Assembly: GCA_051892875.1 (NCBI GenBank)
Contig: JBJFGR010000026.1
Location: 7,982 to 71,981 of the forward strand
DNA from: Succinivibrionaceae bacterium
Lineage (GTDB): Bacteria > Pseudomonadota > Gammaproteobacteria > Enterobacterales > Succinivibrionaceae
Reading direction: 5' to 3'
DNA: 64,000 nucleotides
The notes under the pieces were generated by a model. The model was given only the letters and a program-made list of their open reading frames with translations. It had not been told where the DNA came from and searched no databases. Numbering within the stretch: the stretch's first letter is position 1; every line of letters begins with the position of its first letter. Positions 10,117 through 19,150 of this stretch are shown here, piece after piece. The translations under genes and the position numbers were made by a program.

Positions 10117-10653
10117 TTAGTTAGTAAATAAACCAACCTTTAAATCTGTTGCTTGGTAGATAGGAGTACCATCTACGGAAACAACACCATCACCGATCCC
10201 CATAATTAACTTACGCATGATAACACGTTTTAAGTTTATAGTATAAGTAACTTTTTTAGCTGTTGGTAATATTTGACCTGTGAATTTAACTTCTCCTACA
10301 CCTAAAGCACGACCTTTACCAGGACCACCTTTCCAACCTAGGAAAAAACCAACAAGTTGCCACATTGCATCTAAGCCTAAGCAACCTGGCATTACAGGGT
10401 CTCCAGGAAAATGGCAAGCAAAGAACCAAAGATCTGGATTGATATCTAATTCTGCGATGATTTGTCCTTTACCAAATTCCCCACCATGGTCATCAATATT
10501 AATGATACGATCCATCATTAGCATGTTTGGTGCAGGTAACTGGCTATTGCCAGGACCAAAAAGTTCGCCACGACTACAAGCTAATAAATCTTCTTTCGAA
10601 AATGCATGAATGTTTCGTTCACAAAGAGATAGTGTCTTTTCTGAATTTTCCAA
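10117..10653 (-). CDS. fabA: 3-hydroxydecanoyl-ACP dehydratase/isomerase
   Basis: Matches E. coli FabA almost colinearly: ...[11 protein letters not shown]...[34 protein letters not shown]...[20 protein letters not shown]. Confidence 0.95.
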   Translation of the reverse strand: MENSEKTLSLCERNIHAFSKEDLLACSRGELFGPGNSQLPAPNMLMMDRIINIDDHGGEFGKGQIIAELDINPDLWFFACHFPGDPVMPGCLGLDAMWQLVGFFLGWKGGPGKGRALGVGEVKFTGQILPTAKKVTYTINLKRVIMRKLIMGIGDGVVSVDGTPIYQATDLKVGLFTN

Positions 10654-10769
10654 AACGTAATTCCTTTTCCTATAAATTTTTAAGCATTTTACTTCAAACT
10701 GAAAAAATCCTCAAAAGTATTTTTATTAATCATAAATAATATTGCGAGAAATAATCAATAATTTTTTTA

Positions 10770-12809
10770 TTATTTCCAAAAACAAAATAATTTTTTTAAG
10801 AATGAGATGTTTTCTTCATTACCATTTTGTATTTCATCAAGTTTTTCACTTATTAAATCATATAAAGTTAATCCCTCATTATTTTTAATTATATCCCGTT
10901 TTATTTTTTCAGCTTTATCCTTACCTTCCATAATGAGTCTTGCATCTGTTAGTCCTGCTTTTATTCCTGTAAGAATTTCGATAGCGTCATCAACTGTTTT
11001 TACTGAAAAAATATGGAATTTTCCATCTTTTACAGCATCTATTACTTCATTATTTAAAACAAGAGATTGTATGTTGCTTTCTGGAATTAAAACGCCTTGT
11101 TTTCCGGTTAATCCCTGAATTTTACAAACTCTGTAAAATCCTTCTATTTTTTCATTTAGGCCGCCAACTGGCTGAACATTACCAAATTGGTCTAGTGAAC
11201 CTGTTAATGCATATTGTTGAAGTATAGGTATTCTAGCTAAGGCTGAGAGTGTGGCACATAAACCCGTTAATGATGCACTATCTCCATCTATTTCACTGTA
11301 TGATTGTTCAAAAACTAAATTTGTACTAACAGGTAAAGGTGTGCTTGCTCCAAAAATATTAGTTAAAAAACCATTGATAATCATCATTGCTTTGGTGTGT
11401 ATTTGACCTGCAAGATTTGCTTTATGTTCAATGTCGGCAATATCACCTTCACCCCCGGCATGTATAGTTGCAGTAATTCTAACAGGTTCTCCGTATTCGT
11501 AATAATCACCTATGGTTTCTATTACAGATAAACCATTAATTTGACCAACTGCAGAACCATCTGTTTGCAGAAGCATTTGCTTATTTTTATAAAAATCAGA
11601 AGATTCTTCTACAACGCTATTGATTCTAAATTCTCTATTGTTTAAAGTTTCTTCTAGTAAATTAAGTGAAACTTTTTCAACAGATTTTCGTTTTGCTAAT
11701 CCTGATGCTTCTCTCATGAGATTTAAAATATACTGTTCACTAAGAATAAATTCTTTTTGAGATTCAGAGCGTCGGCAACATACTCGCAATAATCTCTTTT
11801 TTGAATCATTATCAAAAGGCAGTAGATTCTTATTTTTAACAGTAGTATCGATAAATTGATAAAATTGTTGAGCATGGTTTTTTATGTTAAAGAAAGCATT
11901 TATATCTGTTTTAATGTAGAAAGAATTTGTACATTCTGGGTCATAAGAATACAATTCAGCAAATTCACTAACACTTCCAACTAAAATAACTTTTACATTA
12001 ATTGGGGTTGGTTCAGGAGAGAAAAAGGGAACAATGCTAATAGTGCTCTCGGTTGGATTTTCCCAATCTAGTAACCCCGAATCTAGAGTATTTTTTAATT
12101 TGAACCAAAGTATAGGATTATGTATTAATTCTTCTAAAGGAAGAATTAAAAATCCCCCATCTGCTTGTCTTAATAAACCTGCATCTAGTAGATGGTGATG
12201 AGAATATGTTGTTCCATTTTCCGTTAAATAATTAACTCCACCAAACAATTTTTTCCAGGTTAAATCTTTTCCGAAAATAACAGGTGGTTTATTTGGTTCA
12301 TGACATACTAAAAGATTCATTAAAACAGGATAGGTAAAATCTTTTCCTTGGGCAACGTGTATGGATAAATCAGAAAGATAATTTTCTAACTTTTTGTTGT
12401 TATCCTGTTTTTTAAGTATCCTTAAGAGAATGTTTTCAGCATTTAAGTTATGCTTTACATTATTTAATAAATCACATATAAGTTTGTTAAATTCTTCAGC
12501 GGTGCCACTTTTTATGTGCAACCATGTTGGAGATAATTCATTGTTTAGATTTTCTGCATAGCATATATCATAAAGTGTTGATGATAAAAATTCGCAATTT
12601 GATAAAATGTTTTTTATGCATTCTTCAACATCAAATCCACCTATAGAATTTAAGTACATGATAGGATTGTTCTTTTCTGTATATACTAATTCCTGAATGG
12701 CTGACTGTGCTCTTTTTTGAAAACTTGCAAAAGTTATATCATCAGATGTTGAATTAGTATTAACATCTGGAATATTTGGTAATAATTCTGTATAAGATAA
12801 TTCTTTCAT
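10770..12809 (-). CDS. ycbZ: Lon-like (S16) protease without canonical AAA+ motifs, YcbZ/LonH family
   Basis: The C-terminal Lon protease domain reads FEQSYSEIDGDSASLTGLCATLSALA...PVGGLNEKIEGF (Ser-Lys dyad). It lies next to fabA, as ycbZ does in E. coli. Confidence 0.8.
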   Translation of the reverse strand: MKELSYTELLPNIPDVNTNSTSDDITFASFQKRAQSAIQELVYTEKNNPIMYLNSIGGFDVEECIKNILSNCEFLSSTLYDICYAENLNNELSPTWLHIKSGTAEEFNKLICDLLNNVKHNLNAENILLRILKKQDNNKKLENYLSDLSIHVAQGKDFTYPVLMNLLVCHEPNKPPVIFGKDLTWKKLFGGVNYLTENGTTYSHHHLLDAGLLRQADGGFLILPLEELIHNPILWFKLKNTLDSGLLDWENPTESTISIVPFFSPEPTPINVKVILVGSVSEFAELYSYDPECTNSFYIKTDINAFFNIKNHAQQFYQFIDTTVKNKNLLPFDNDSKKRLLRVCCRRSESQKEFILSEQYILNLMREASGLAKRKSVEKVSLNLLEETLNNREFRINSVVEESSDFYKNKQMLLQTDGSAVGQINGLSVIETIGDYYEYGEPVRITATIHAGGEGDIADIEHKANLAGQIHTKAMMIINGFLTNIFGASTPLPVSTNLVFEQSYSEIDGDSASLTGLCATLSALARIPILQQYALTGSLDQFGNVQPVGGLNEKIEGFYRVCKIQGLTGKQGVLIPESNIQSLVLNNEVIDAVKDGKFHIFSVKTVDDAIEILTGIKAGLTDARLIMEGKDKAEKIKRDIIKNNEGLTLYDLISEKLDEIQNGNEENISFLKKLFCFWK

Positions 12810-13039
12810 ATTTATGCTAAACCAACAATTTAAAAATAATATACTATGATTATAGCATTATAATAATTTTAAGATTTTAGTATTTATCTCAAAAACAAGT
12901 ATTTGTTGTGTTGAGAATAATTCAATGTATATGTGAAGTAGATACACTAGTTTGGTTTTATTTTTGAAGATGTTAACAAATACTATTAAAGTAAGATTGT
13001 AGAATTATAAGTTAAGTGTAAAAGTAAAGATTAGCATAT

Positions 13040-14782
13040 ATGTATCTTGAGCGAATAGAAATAACAGGTTATAGGGGAATTTCTCGCTTATCTCTAAACT
13101 TGAATCAACAAACTGTATTAATTGGCGAGAATTCATGGGGAAAAAGTTCTTTACTTAGGTCTTTATGGTGTATTTTAGGGAATGGAAATGTGCCCTATGA
13201 ATTTGAAGCTGAAGATTTTAGAAAGGAGGATTTTGATTCAAGAGATAAAATATATGAATTGAGTTTTGTTTTAACTTTTAGAGAAATGATTATTGGTTCA
13301 GCTTTAAAAAATTCCAAACTGAGGTTGTTGGATCCTGTGTGGGTTCGTTGCAAAGATTCATATCATAGAGTTTTTTATTACATACATGCATCAATGAATC
13401 CTAATGGAACAATTTTTACAACTCATACATTTTTAGATGCAAATAGTAATATTATCCAAAGTAACTTAATGCAACAAGTACAGAATTTGCTTATGTTAAA
13501 TCCTGTATTTAGATTGCGTGATAGTAGAGCTCAGCGTAAAGAATTAGAAGCGAATAGTGAAAGTGAATCAATGGAAGAGTATATTACTCAAACAGAAAAT
13601 AGCGAATACAATAAGAAGAATTATACTAAAAAATCTTATTTAACAATATTAGAAAGAAGAGTTTTTAGGCTTTTTAAATTATATTTAAGAGATGACGGTG
13701 AAACCGTAACTAGAGAAGATATTAAAGATGGTATAAAAGCTGTAGGTGAGATATTAGAACATTATTATACAGTTTTGCCACCTTTGACCTCAAAAATAAA
13801 GGTAAGAGAGCGAAATTTTTATGAAAATAATCACCGCACTGTAAAGGATATGGTTTCCAGACCTGTTTCAAATAATTTAAGTGTTTCCCTGAGAAATTTA
13901 TTAAAAAATTGTGTTAAGAGTAGTACACGATTACTTTTAGCAATAATATCAGGAGCAATAATTGAAACAAAGTTATTACATAAAATTGATAGAAAGGCAC
14001 ATCCAATAGTTATTTTAGAAGATATAGAAAGTAGATTACATCCAACAACTTTATTAAATTTATGGCATATAATTGAATTATTGCCGATTCAAAAAATAGT
14101 AACTACAAATTCTGGTGATTTATTATCATCTGTAAATATTGCAGATATAAGGAGAATGAGTAGGGAGGTGAGCTCCATAAAGGCTATGGCTGTTGACGAA
14201 GATAAGTTTTCAAGTGATGAGTTAAGAAAAATTTCTTTTCATATAAGATTAAACAGATCTAATGCTTTATTTGCTAGATGTTGGCTTTTTGTAGAAGGAG
14301 AAACGGAGATTTGGATTATAAATGAGATAGCTGCACTAGTCGGGATTAATTTATACTCCGAGGGGATAAGGTTAATTGAATATGCACAATGTGGTGTTGC
14401 TCCTTTAGTAAAGCTAGCTAATCAAATAGGGATGGCGTGGCATTTATTAGCAGATGGTGATGATGCTGGTATTAAATATGCCAAGATAGCAAGTGCAAAC
14501 AATCAAAACGATAATGTTACATTATTACCCAGTGTTGATATTGAACATTTCTTTTATGAACATGGTTTTGAAAAAGTATATAAACAAAATTGCGGAGTAA
14601 ATAACACTAAAGGGTTAAATGAAAAACGAATAATTGAGTTAGCAGTCAAAAAACATACTAAGCCAGGAATGGCATTGTCTGTAGCTGATGAAGCTAGAAG
14701 ATTAGGAAGAAAGTCCGTACCTTTATTATTTCAAAAAATGTTTGCTAGGATTGTAGCAAATGCAACATCTAGGATAATGTAA
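13040..14782 (+). CDS. ybjD: OLD-family ATPase/Toprim nuclease, YbjD-like (DUF2813 N-terminus)
   Basis: The N-terminus MYLERIEITGYRGISRLSLNLNQQTVLIGENSWGKSSLL carries a Walker A motif. The Toprim region reads ARCWLFVEGETEIWIINE...LADGDDAG. It is colinear with E. coli YbjD as I remember that sequence. Confidence 0.75.
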   Translation: MYLERIEITGYRGISRLSLNLNQQTVLIGENSWGKSSLLRSLWCILGNGNVPYEFEAEDFRKEDFDSRDKIYELSFVLTFREMIIGSALKNSKLRLLDPVWVRCKDSYHRVFYYIHASMNPNGTIFTTHTFLDANSNIIQSNLMQQVQNLLMLNPVFRLRDSRAQRKELEANSESESMEEYITQTENSEYNKKNYTKKSYLTILERRVFRLFKLYLRDDGETVTREDIKDGIKAVGEILEHYYTVLPPLTSKIKVRERNFYENNHRTVKDMVSRPVSNNLSVSLRNLLKNCVKSSTRLLLAIISGAIIETKLLHKIDRKAHPIVILEDIESRLHPTTLLNLWHIIELLPIQKIVTTNSGDLLSSVNIADIRRMSREVSSIKAMAVDEDKFSSDELRKISFHIRLNRSNALFARCWLFVEGETEIWIINEIAALVGINLYSEGIRLIEYAQCGVAPLVKLANQIGMAWHLLADGDDAGIKYAKIASANNQNDNVTLLPSVDIEHFFYEHGFEKVYKQNCGVNNTKGLNEKRIIELAVKKHTKPGMALSVADEARRLGRKSVPLLFQKMFARIVANATSRIM

Positions 14783-14800
14783 GTTCAGTATTTATATATT

Positions 14801-14829
14801 TTGATAATTTTGACTAAATATGGTACAAT
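14801..14829 (+). promoter_or_regulatory. Predicted sigma70 promoter for the TIR-DHH cassette
   Basis: -35 TTGATA (14801-14806), 17-nt spacer, extended -10 TGgTACAAT (14821-14829). It would give a leader of about 150 nt before the ATG at 14987. Confidence 0.45.
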
Positions 14830-14986
14830 TAAACAATTATAGTTGTCTTGTTGAATCAATAAAGGTCGTAATTGTGATAATAAGACTAGCTGAGAACTCA
14901 GGGAAGAGTTTTATTAAATTTGGTGAATTAGTTGCAAGAAGCAAGTTTTATGGTAGCTATCTTACAGAAGATTGAGGTTATTCTAA

Positions 14987-16636
14987 ATGTCTTCAAAAAG
15001 TAAGCTATTTGATGTTTTTATATCTCATTCGTCTAGTGATGCTAGAGTCGCTAGGACTATTTGCGACTATTTAGAAAAACATCGAAACACTTGTTGGATT
15101 GCTCCACGTAATATTTATATTGGCACAGATTACGCTGAGCAGATAATCAAAGGTCTTGAATCCTCGAAGGTTTTATTGATTATCTTGTCTGAGATGGCAA
15201 ACAAATCAGAGCAGGTTTTACGCGAAGTAGAACGTGCTACAAGTAAGAAATTACCGATAATTGTATTTGCTATTGAACCTATTAAACAATTATCAAAATC
15301 ATTAGAGTATTTTTTAACTCATCGTCAATGGATTATGGGATGTACTGAAAGTGGTAAGTTGTGCATAACAAAGGACGTTTTATTTCAGTTATCTTGTGTT
15401 GTTGAAAAGTTTATTCACCAAGTTGATAGTGGAGAGGAAGATATAGGTTTAGAGTATGAACCTATGTCTAATTTTAACTATCAAAAGAGATCTAATTTAT
15501 ATTTTAGAATTGCTGTAATTTCTTTAAGTGTTATAGCATTTTGGTTGGGTGGTTTATTTTCAGACGATATCGCAAAATATTATTTTCCTAATGATGATTA
15601 TAAAAAAAATGTAAAAAATGATGATACTTTAAGTAATCAAAAATCTATCGCATCAACAAAATTAAAACCTGGTGATATTATTTCTTATGGATCTTATCGT
15701 GATAAACCAATATTATGGTCCGTAATGAATGCTAAGGCGGGAATTGTTAAATTAGTAGCTTATAAGCCAATATCATACAAACCTTTTGATGTTGCTCATA
15801 GTGGTTATTATGATAAGGTTTCAAAAGATGGTACACCTATTGGTAATCATGATGATGAAATGATTGCTAATTACTTGTTGAATTATATAAGAGACGATGA
15901 TGGAATTTCTTATGTAAAAGCTAGAGGAAGTTCTGATTGGAGAAGTTCTACATTAAGATCTTGGTTAAACAGCAGAAATATTAATGTTAAATATCATCAT
16001 GGAATACCGTCAATAAATAATATTAATGATTCTATTTTAAAAAGTTATAACAGTGAAGATTCAGCAAAGATAGCAGAACGTGGTTTTTTAAGCAACTTTA
16101 CTGAAAATGAATTTTTACATATGGTTGTGCAAAAGGGTGATTTTTTATTCTTGTTTAATACCATAAATTGTCAACTTTATGATGAACCTATTATGGATAA
16201 AAAGGTTTCAGATGTTTCCAAGTTTAAGAAACATGCTCTGTCATTTTTAATGAAAAATTTCACAGGGTGTTATAATTTAAAATATAATGAGTATGTGACA
16301 ATACCTGATATATCAGATTTAGATGATATAGTTAAGGTTCCCGAAGTATTAGTATCTTTTAATTATAAGTTTGATGTTAATATAGAACAAAAGAATTTAC
16401 CTTATACTACATCTTTTTGGTTAAAGAATGCTTGTGGTTATACACCTTCATCTGTGTGTTCTATTATAGGAAGTAAGGATAATCCTAAAGTTATAAAAGT
16501 CACTATTAAAGAAGTAACAAATCTAGATGGTGTATTACCTATCATAAATATTAATATACGCCGACTTCGTTTAATGGGTAATGGTGATTTATTATCTCCT
16601 TATAAAGTAATATGGGATAGTCAAGTTGCTGAATAG
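14987..16636 (+). CDS. TIR-domain protein: N-terminal TIR (TIR_2 type), one predicted TM helix, C-terminal extracytoplasmic DUF6273-like domain
   Basis: The TIR signature is DVFISHSSSDARVARTICDYLEKHRNTCWIAPRNI...SEQVLREVERA...LPIIVFAIE. The hydrophobic helix is YFRIAVISLSVIAFWLGGLF. The C-terminal region contains GDIISYGSY..PILWSV...SSDWRSSTLRSWLNS...GFLSNFTENE, which is typical of DUF6273-type domains. Confidence 0.8.
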   Translation: MSSKSKLFDVFISHSSSDARVARTICDYLEKHRNTCWIAPRNIYIGTDYAEQIIKGLESSKVLLIILSEMANKSEQVLREVERATSKKLPIIVFAIEPIKQLSKSLEYFLTHRQWIMGCTESGKLCITKDVLFQLSCVVEKFIHQVDSGEEDIGLEYEPMSNFNYQKRSNLYFRIAVISLSVIAFWLGGLFSDDIAKYYFPNDDYKKNVKNDDTLSNQKSIASTKLKPGDIISYGSYRDKPILWSVMNAKAGIVKLVAYKPISYKPFDVAHSGYYDKVSKDGTPIGNHDDEMIANYLLNYIRDDDGISYVKARGSSDWRSSTLRSWLNSRNINVKYHHGIPSINNINDSILKSYNSEDSAKIAERGFLSNFTENEFLHMVVQKGDFLFLFNTINCQLYDEPIMDKKVSDVSKFKKHALSFLMKNFTGCYNLKYNEYVTIPDISDLDDIVKVPEVLVSFNYKFDVNIEQKNLPYTTSFWLKNACGYTPSSVCSIIGSKDNPKVIKVTIKEVTNLDGVLPIININIRRLRLMGNGDLLSPYKVIWDSQVAE

Positions 16637-16679
16637 TGTTATTGTGTATAAAAATATATCATAAATATAGGAAGGTTAT

Positions 16680-18212
16680 ATGATAGATTTAAATATTATA
16701 GCTTCTGAGAATGATGAAATTACTATTCAGTGTCACGATAATCCTGATGCAGATGCTATTGGTTCAGGTTTTGCTCTATATAGATTTTTTGTAAAAAAAG
16801 GAATAAAGACAAGCTTAATTTACTCTGGAAAAAATAAGATAGGCAAAGTTAATCTAAAAAAAATGGTTGAGCTATTGCATATCCCTATAGAGTTTGTAAA
16901 GCCAAATATTGATGTAGACGGATTATTGATTACAGTTGATTGTCAATACGGATGTTCAAATGTAACCAATATCAATTGTAAAAAGTGTTTAGTTATTGAT
17001 CATCACATACCAGATCCTTATAGAAAACCTAATAATGGTGAATGTATAAGAAGTCTTTATGGCAGTTGTTCAACTGTTATTTATCATTTGTTAGTACGTA
17101 GTAATTACCTTATAAAAGATGATTTAGAAGCATCTACTGGATTGTATTATGGGTTGTATATGGATACTGGTGAGTTTTCTGAAATAACCAATATGGCTGA
17201 TAAGGATGCTAGAGATGAATTGCATTTTAATTTGCAAATAATAACAATTCTTCAAAATTCTAATTTAACATTTTCAGATTTTTCAATTGCAGGTCAGGCT
17301 TTATCTAATTATCATTATTTTCCAGATAGAAGAATTGCTACAATTCAGACACAACCTTGTGACGTAAATATTTTAGGATTTATTTCTGATTTATTATTGA
17401 GAGTGGATGGGGTAGATGTCGGAATTGTATACACTGATTTGGGAGATATCACTAAACTTTCAATAAGAAGTTGTTCTAATGAGATAAAAGCTAACGAGTT
17501 AGCACAATATATAACTTTAAATATTGGAGGAGGCGGTGGCCATATTCGCAAAAGTGGTGGGTATATTAGTAATTTGATGTATAAAGAGCAGTTTGCTAGT
17601 ATGTGCAAATCAAAGGATGAATATATTTATAAAAAATTTTGTAGTTTTTATGATAGTTTTGATTATGTTTATACAGATAAATATAAGGTTGATGTATCAG
17701 AATTTAAATTATTCACTAAATGCGAATTGGTGTTAGGTTGGATTCCAAGTACTACTATTGCACCATTAGGAACGCAGATAATTTTAAGAACTCAAGAAGG
17801 GGATGTTTCAGAGAGAGTGTCTGATAATTTGATAATAATGGTAGGTATATTAGGAGAAGTTTATCCCATTAAAAGAACATCGTTTGAAAAAAAATACAAA
17901 GTTGTAGATGAACCTTTTGACATTGATTTTGAATATTCTCCAAGAATTAGAGTTTTAGATTACGATGATGTTGTATTTCTAGAAGGTTTAATAAAACCTT
18001 GTAAAGTACTTCCAGCTAATAATGTTTATGCTAAAAAATTATCTAAAGAAACAAAAATATTTTCAGAATGGAATTATGAAAACTATATGACAGGTAGAAT
18101 TGGTGATTATATTGTCTGTTATCAAAAAGAAAATGGAGAACCAAATTCTTCTGATTTATATATTGTTAATGGAAATATTTTTAATAGATTATATACAAAA
18201 GTAAGACCATAA
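16680..18212 (+). CDS. DHH/DHHA1-family phosphoesterase (NrnA-like core) with a C-terminal extension of about 190 aa of unknown function
   Basis: DHH motifs are HDNPDADAIGS, TVDCQ and VIDHH. The DHHA1 motif is IGGGGGHIRKSGG. An AGGAAGG RBS lies 43 nt after the TIR stop. The C-terminal about 190 aa are not assignable. Confidence 0.8.
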   Translation: MIDLNIIASENDEITIQCHDNPDADAIGSGFALYRFFVKKGIKTSLIYSGKNKIGKVNLKKMVELLHIPIEFVKPNIDVDGLLITVDCQYGCSNVTNINCKKCLVIDHHIPDPYRKPNNGECIRSLYGSCSTVIYHLLVRSNYLIKDDLEASTGLYYGLYMDTGEFSEITNMADKDARDELHFNLQIITILQNSNLTFSDFSIAGQALSNYHYFPDRRIATIQTQPCDVNILGFISDLLLRVDGVDVGIVYTDLGDITKLSIRSCSNEIKANELAQYITLNIGGGGGHIRKSGGYISNLMYKEQFASMCKSKDEYIYKKFCSFYDSFDYVYTDKYKVDVSEFKLFTKCELVLGWIPSTTIAPLGTQIILRTQEGDVSERVSDNLIIMVGILGEVYPIKRTSFEKKYKVVDEPFDIDFEYSPRIRVLDYDDVVFLEGLIKPCKVLPANNVYAKKLSKETKIFSEWNYENYMTGRIGDYIVCYQKENGEPNSSDLYIVNGNIFNRLYTKVRP

Positions 18213-18225
18213 TATATGGTCTTAC
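18201..18225. terminator. Shared hairpin between convergent DHH gene and suhB
   Basis: 10-bp stem GTAAGACCAT / ATGGTCTTAC with a 5-nt loop, overlapping the DHH stop codon. A U-run (TTTTG) follows it on the minus strand, so it fits best as the suhB terminator. Confidence 0.5.
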
Positions 18226-18234
18226 AAATTGTTA

Positions 18235-19038
18235 TTAAGCTAATGAAACAGGGTATTCGTTTTCTTTGATAGCCCTTAATAGAGCAGGAACAATATAAGA
18301 ATTACCACAAACAATGCAACCATTTTTATAAATATCTGGCCCACCTTGCCAATTTGTTACTACAGCACCAGCTTCACGACAAAGCAATTCGCCAGCACAG
18401 AAGTCCCATGGTTTTAGGCATAGCTCAAAATATCCATCTAATCTCCCAGCAGCGACATAAGCTAAGTCTAAACTTGCTGTTCCTGCACGTCGAATATCGG
18501 CACATTTATCAAATACTGAATTTAACACATTCTTATAGAAACTCAAATATTGTCTATCTCTGTGAGGGAAAGAAGTAGCTAGTATAGAGCTATCTAAACC
18601 TTTTAAAACACCTGCTCGAATTCTTTTCCCATTTAATTGTGCGCCATCACCGCGAGATGCTGTAAATAATTCATTACGAATTGGATCATAAACAACGCCA
18701 ACGGTTGTTACATCTTTAACTCTTAGACCAATAGAAACTGCTACATGAGGAATTCCCTTATAGAAGTTTGTGGTTCCGTCTATAGGATCAATAATCCATA
18801 CATGATCTGATTCTTGATTTCCTACAACACCAAACTCCTCCCCACGAACACAATGGTTAGGGAAAGATTTTAATAAAATATCAGTTATTGCACGTTCACA
18901 TTCACTGTCGATATTCGTAACTAAATCATTTTTAGCCTTTTCTTCAACAGTTATGTTTTTGTGGTCTTCAAATTTTAATGAAATGATATTACCTGCAGTA
19001 CGTGCAGCACGAACTGCTATATTAAGCATAGGATGCAT
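18235..19038 (-). CDS. suhB: Inositol monophosphatase family protein SuhB
   Basis: MHPMLNIAVRAARTAGN...WIIDPIDGTTNF...WDFCAGELL. Same length (267 aa) as E. coli SuhB and colinear with it. Confidence 0.95.
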   Translation of the reverse strand: MHPMLNIAVRAARTAGNIISLKFEDHKNITVEEKAKNDLVTNIDSECERAITDILLKSFPNHCVRGEEFGVVGNQESDHVWIIDPIDGTTNFYKGIPHVAVSIGLRVKDVTTVGVVYDPIRNELFTASRGDGAQLNGKRIRAGVLKGLDSSILATSFPHRDRQYLSFYKNVLNSVFDKCADIRRAGTASLDLAYVAAGRLDGYFELCLKPWDFCAGELLCREAGAVVTNWQGGPDIYKNGCIVCGNSYIVPALLRAIKENEYPVSLA

Positions 19039-19150
19039 AATTATCGACTCTATAGTAGATTAATAAAGAACAAAAGTGGCATTGCCACACTGTCATCAAT
19101 TATACATATTTTTGAGCAGTGTCGCAATATAATTAAAAACATCTATAAAA

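Noticed and set aside
10770-12809. The Lon-like protease next to OLD- and TIR-encoding genes looked like a possible BrxL-type or other defence-associated protease.
   Set aside because: It is colinear with E. coli YcbZ/LonH, with an identical-style ...FEQSYSE.DGDSAS...PVGGLNEKIEGF... C-terminus. It sits next to fabA exactly as ycbZ does in E. coli, and it is divergently transcribed from ybjD. Conserved housekeeping synteny explains it better than membership of a defence system.
14874-14975. A small upstream ORF (33 codons, GTG start, or 51 codons from the ATG at 14820) in the leader of the TIR gene. Its stop overlaps the TIR RBS.
   Set aside because: There is no RBS before the GTG. The ATG version would start inside the predicted promoter. 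The peptide has no recognisable features. I keep it only as a possibility to test with Ribo-seq.
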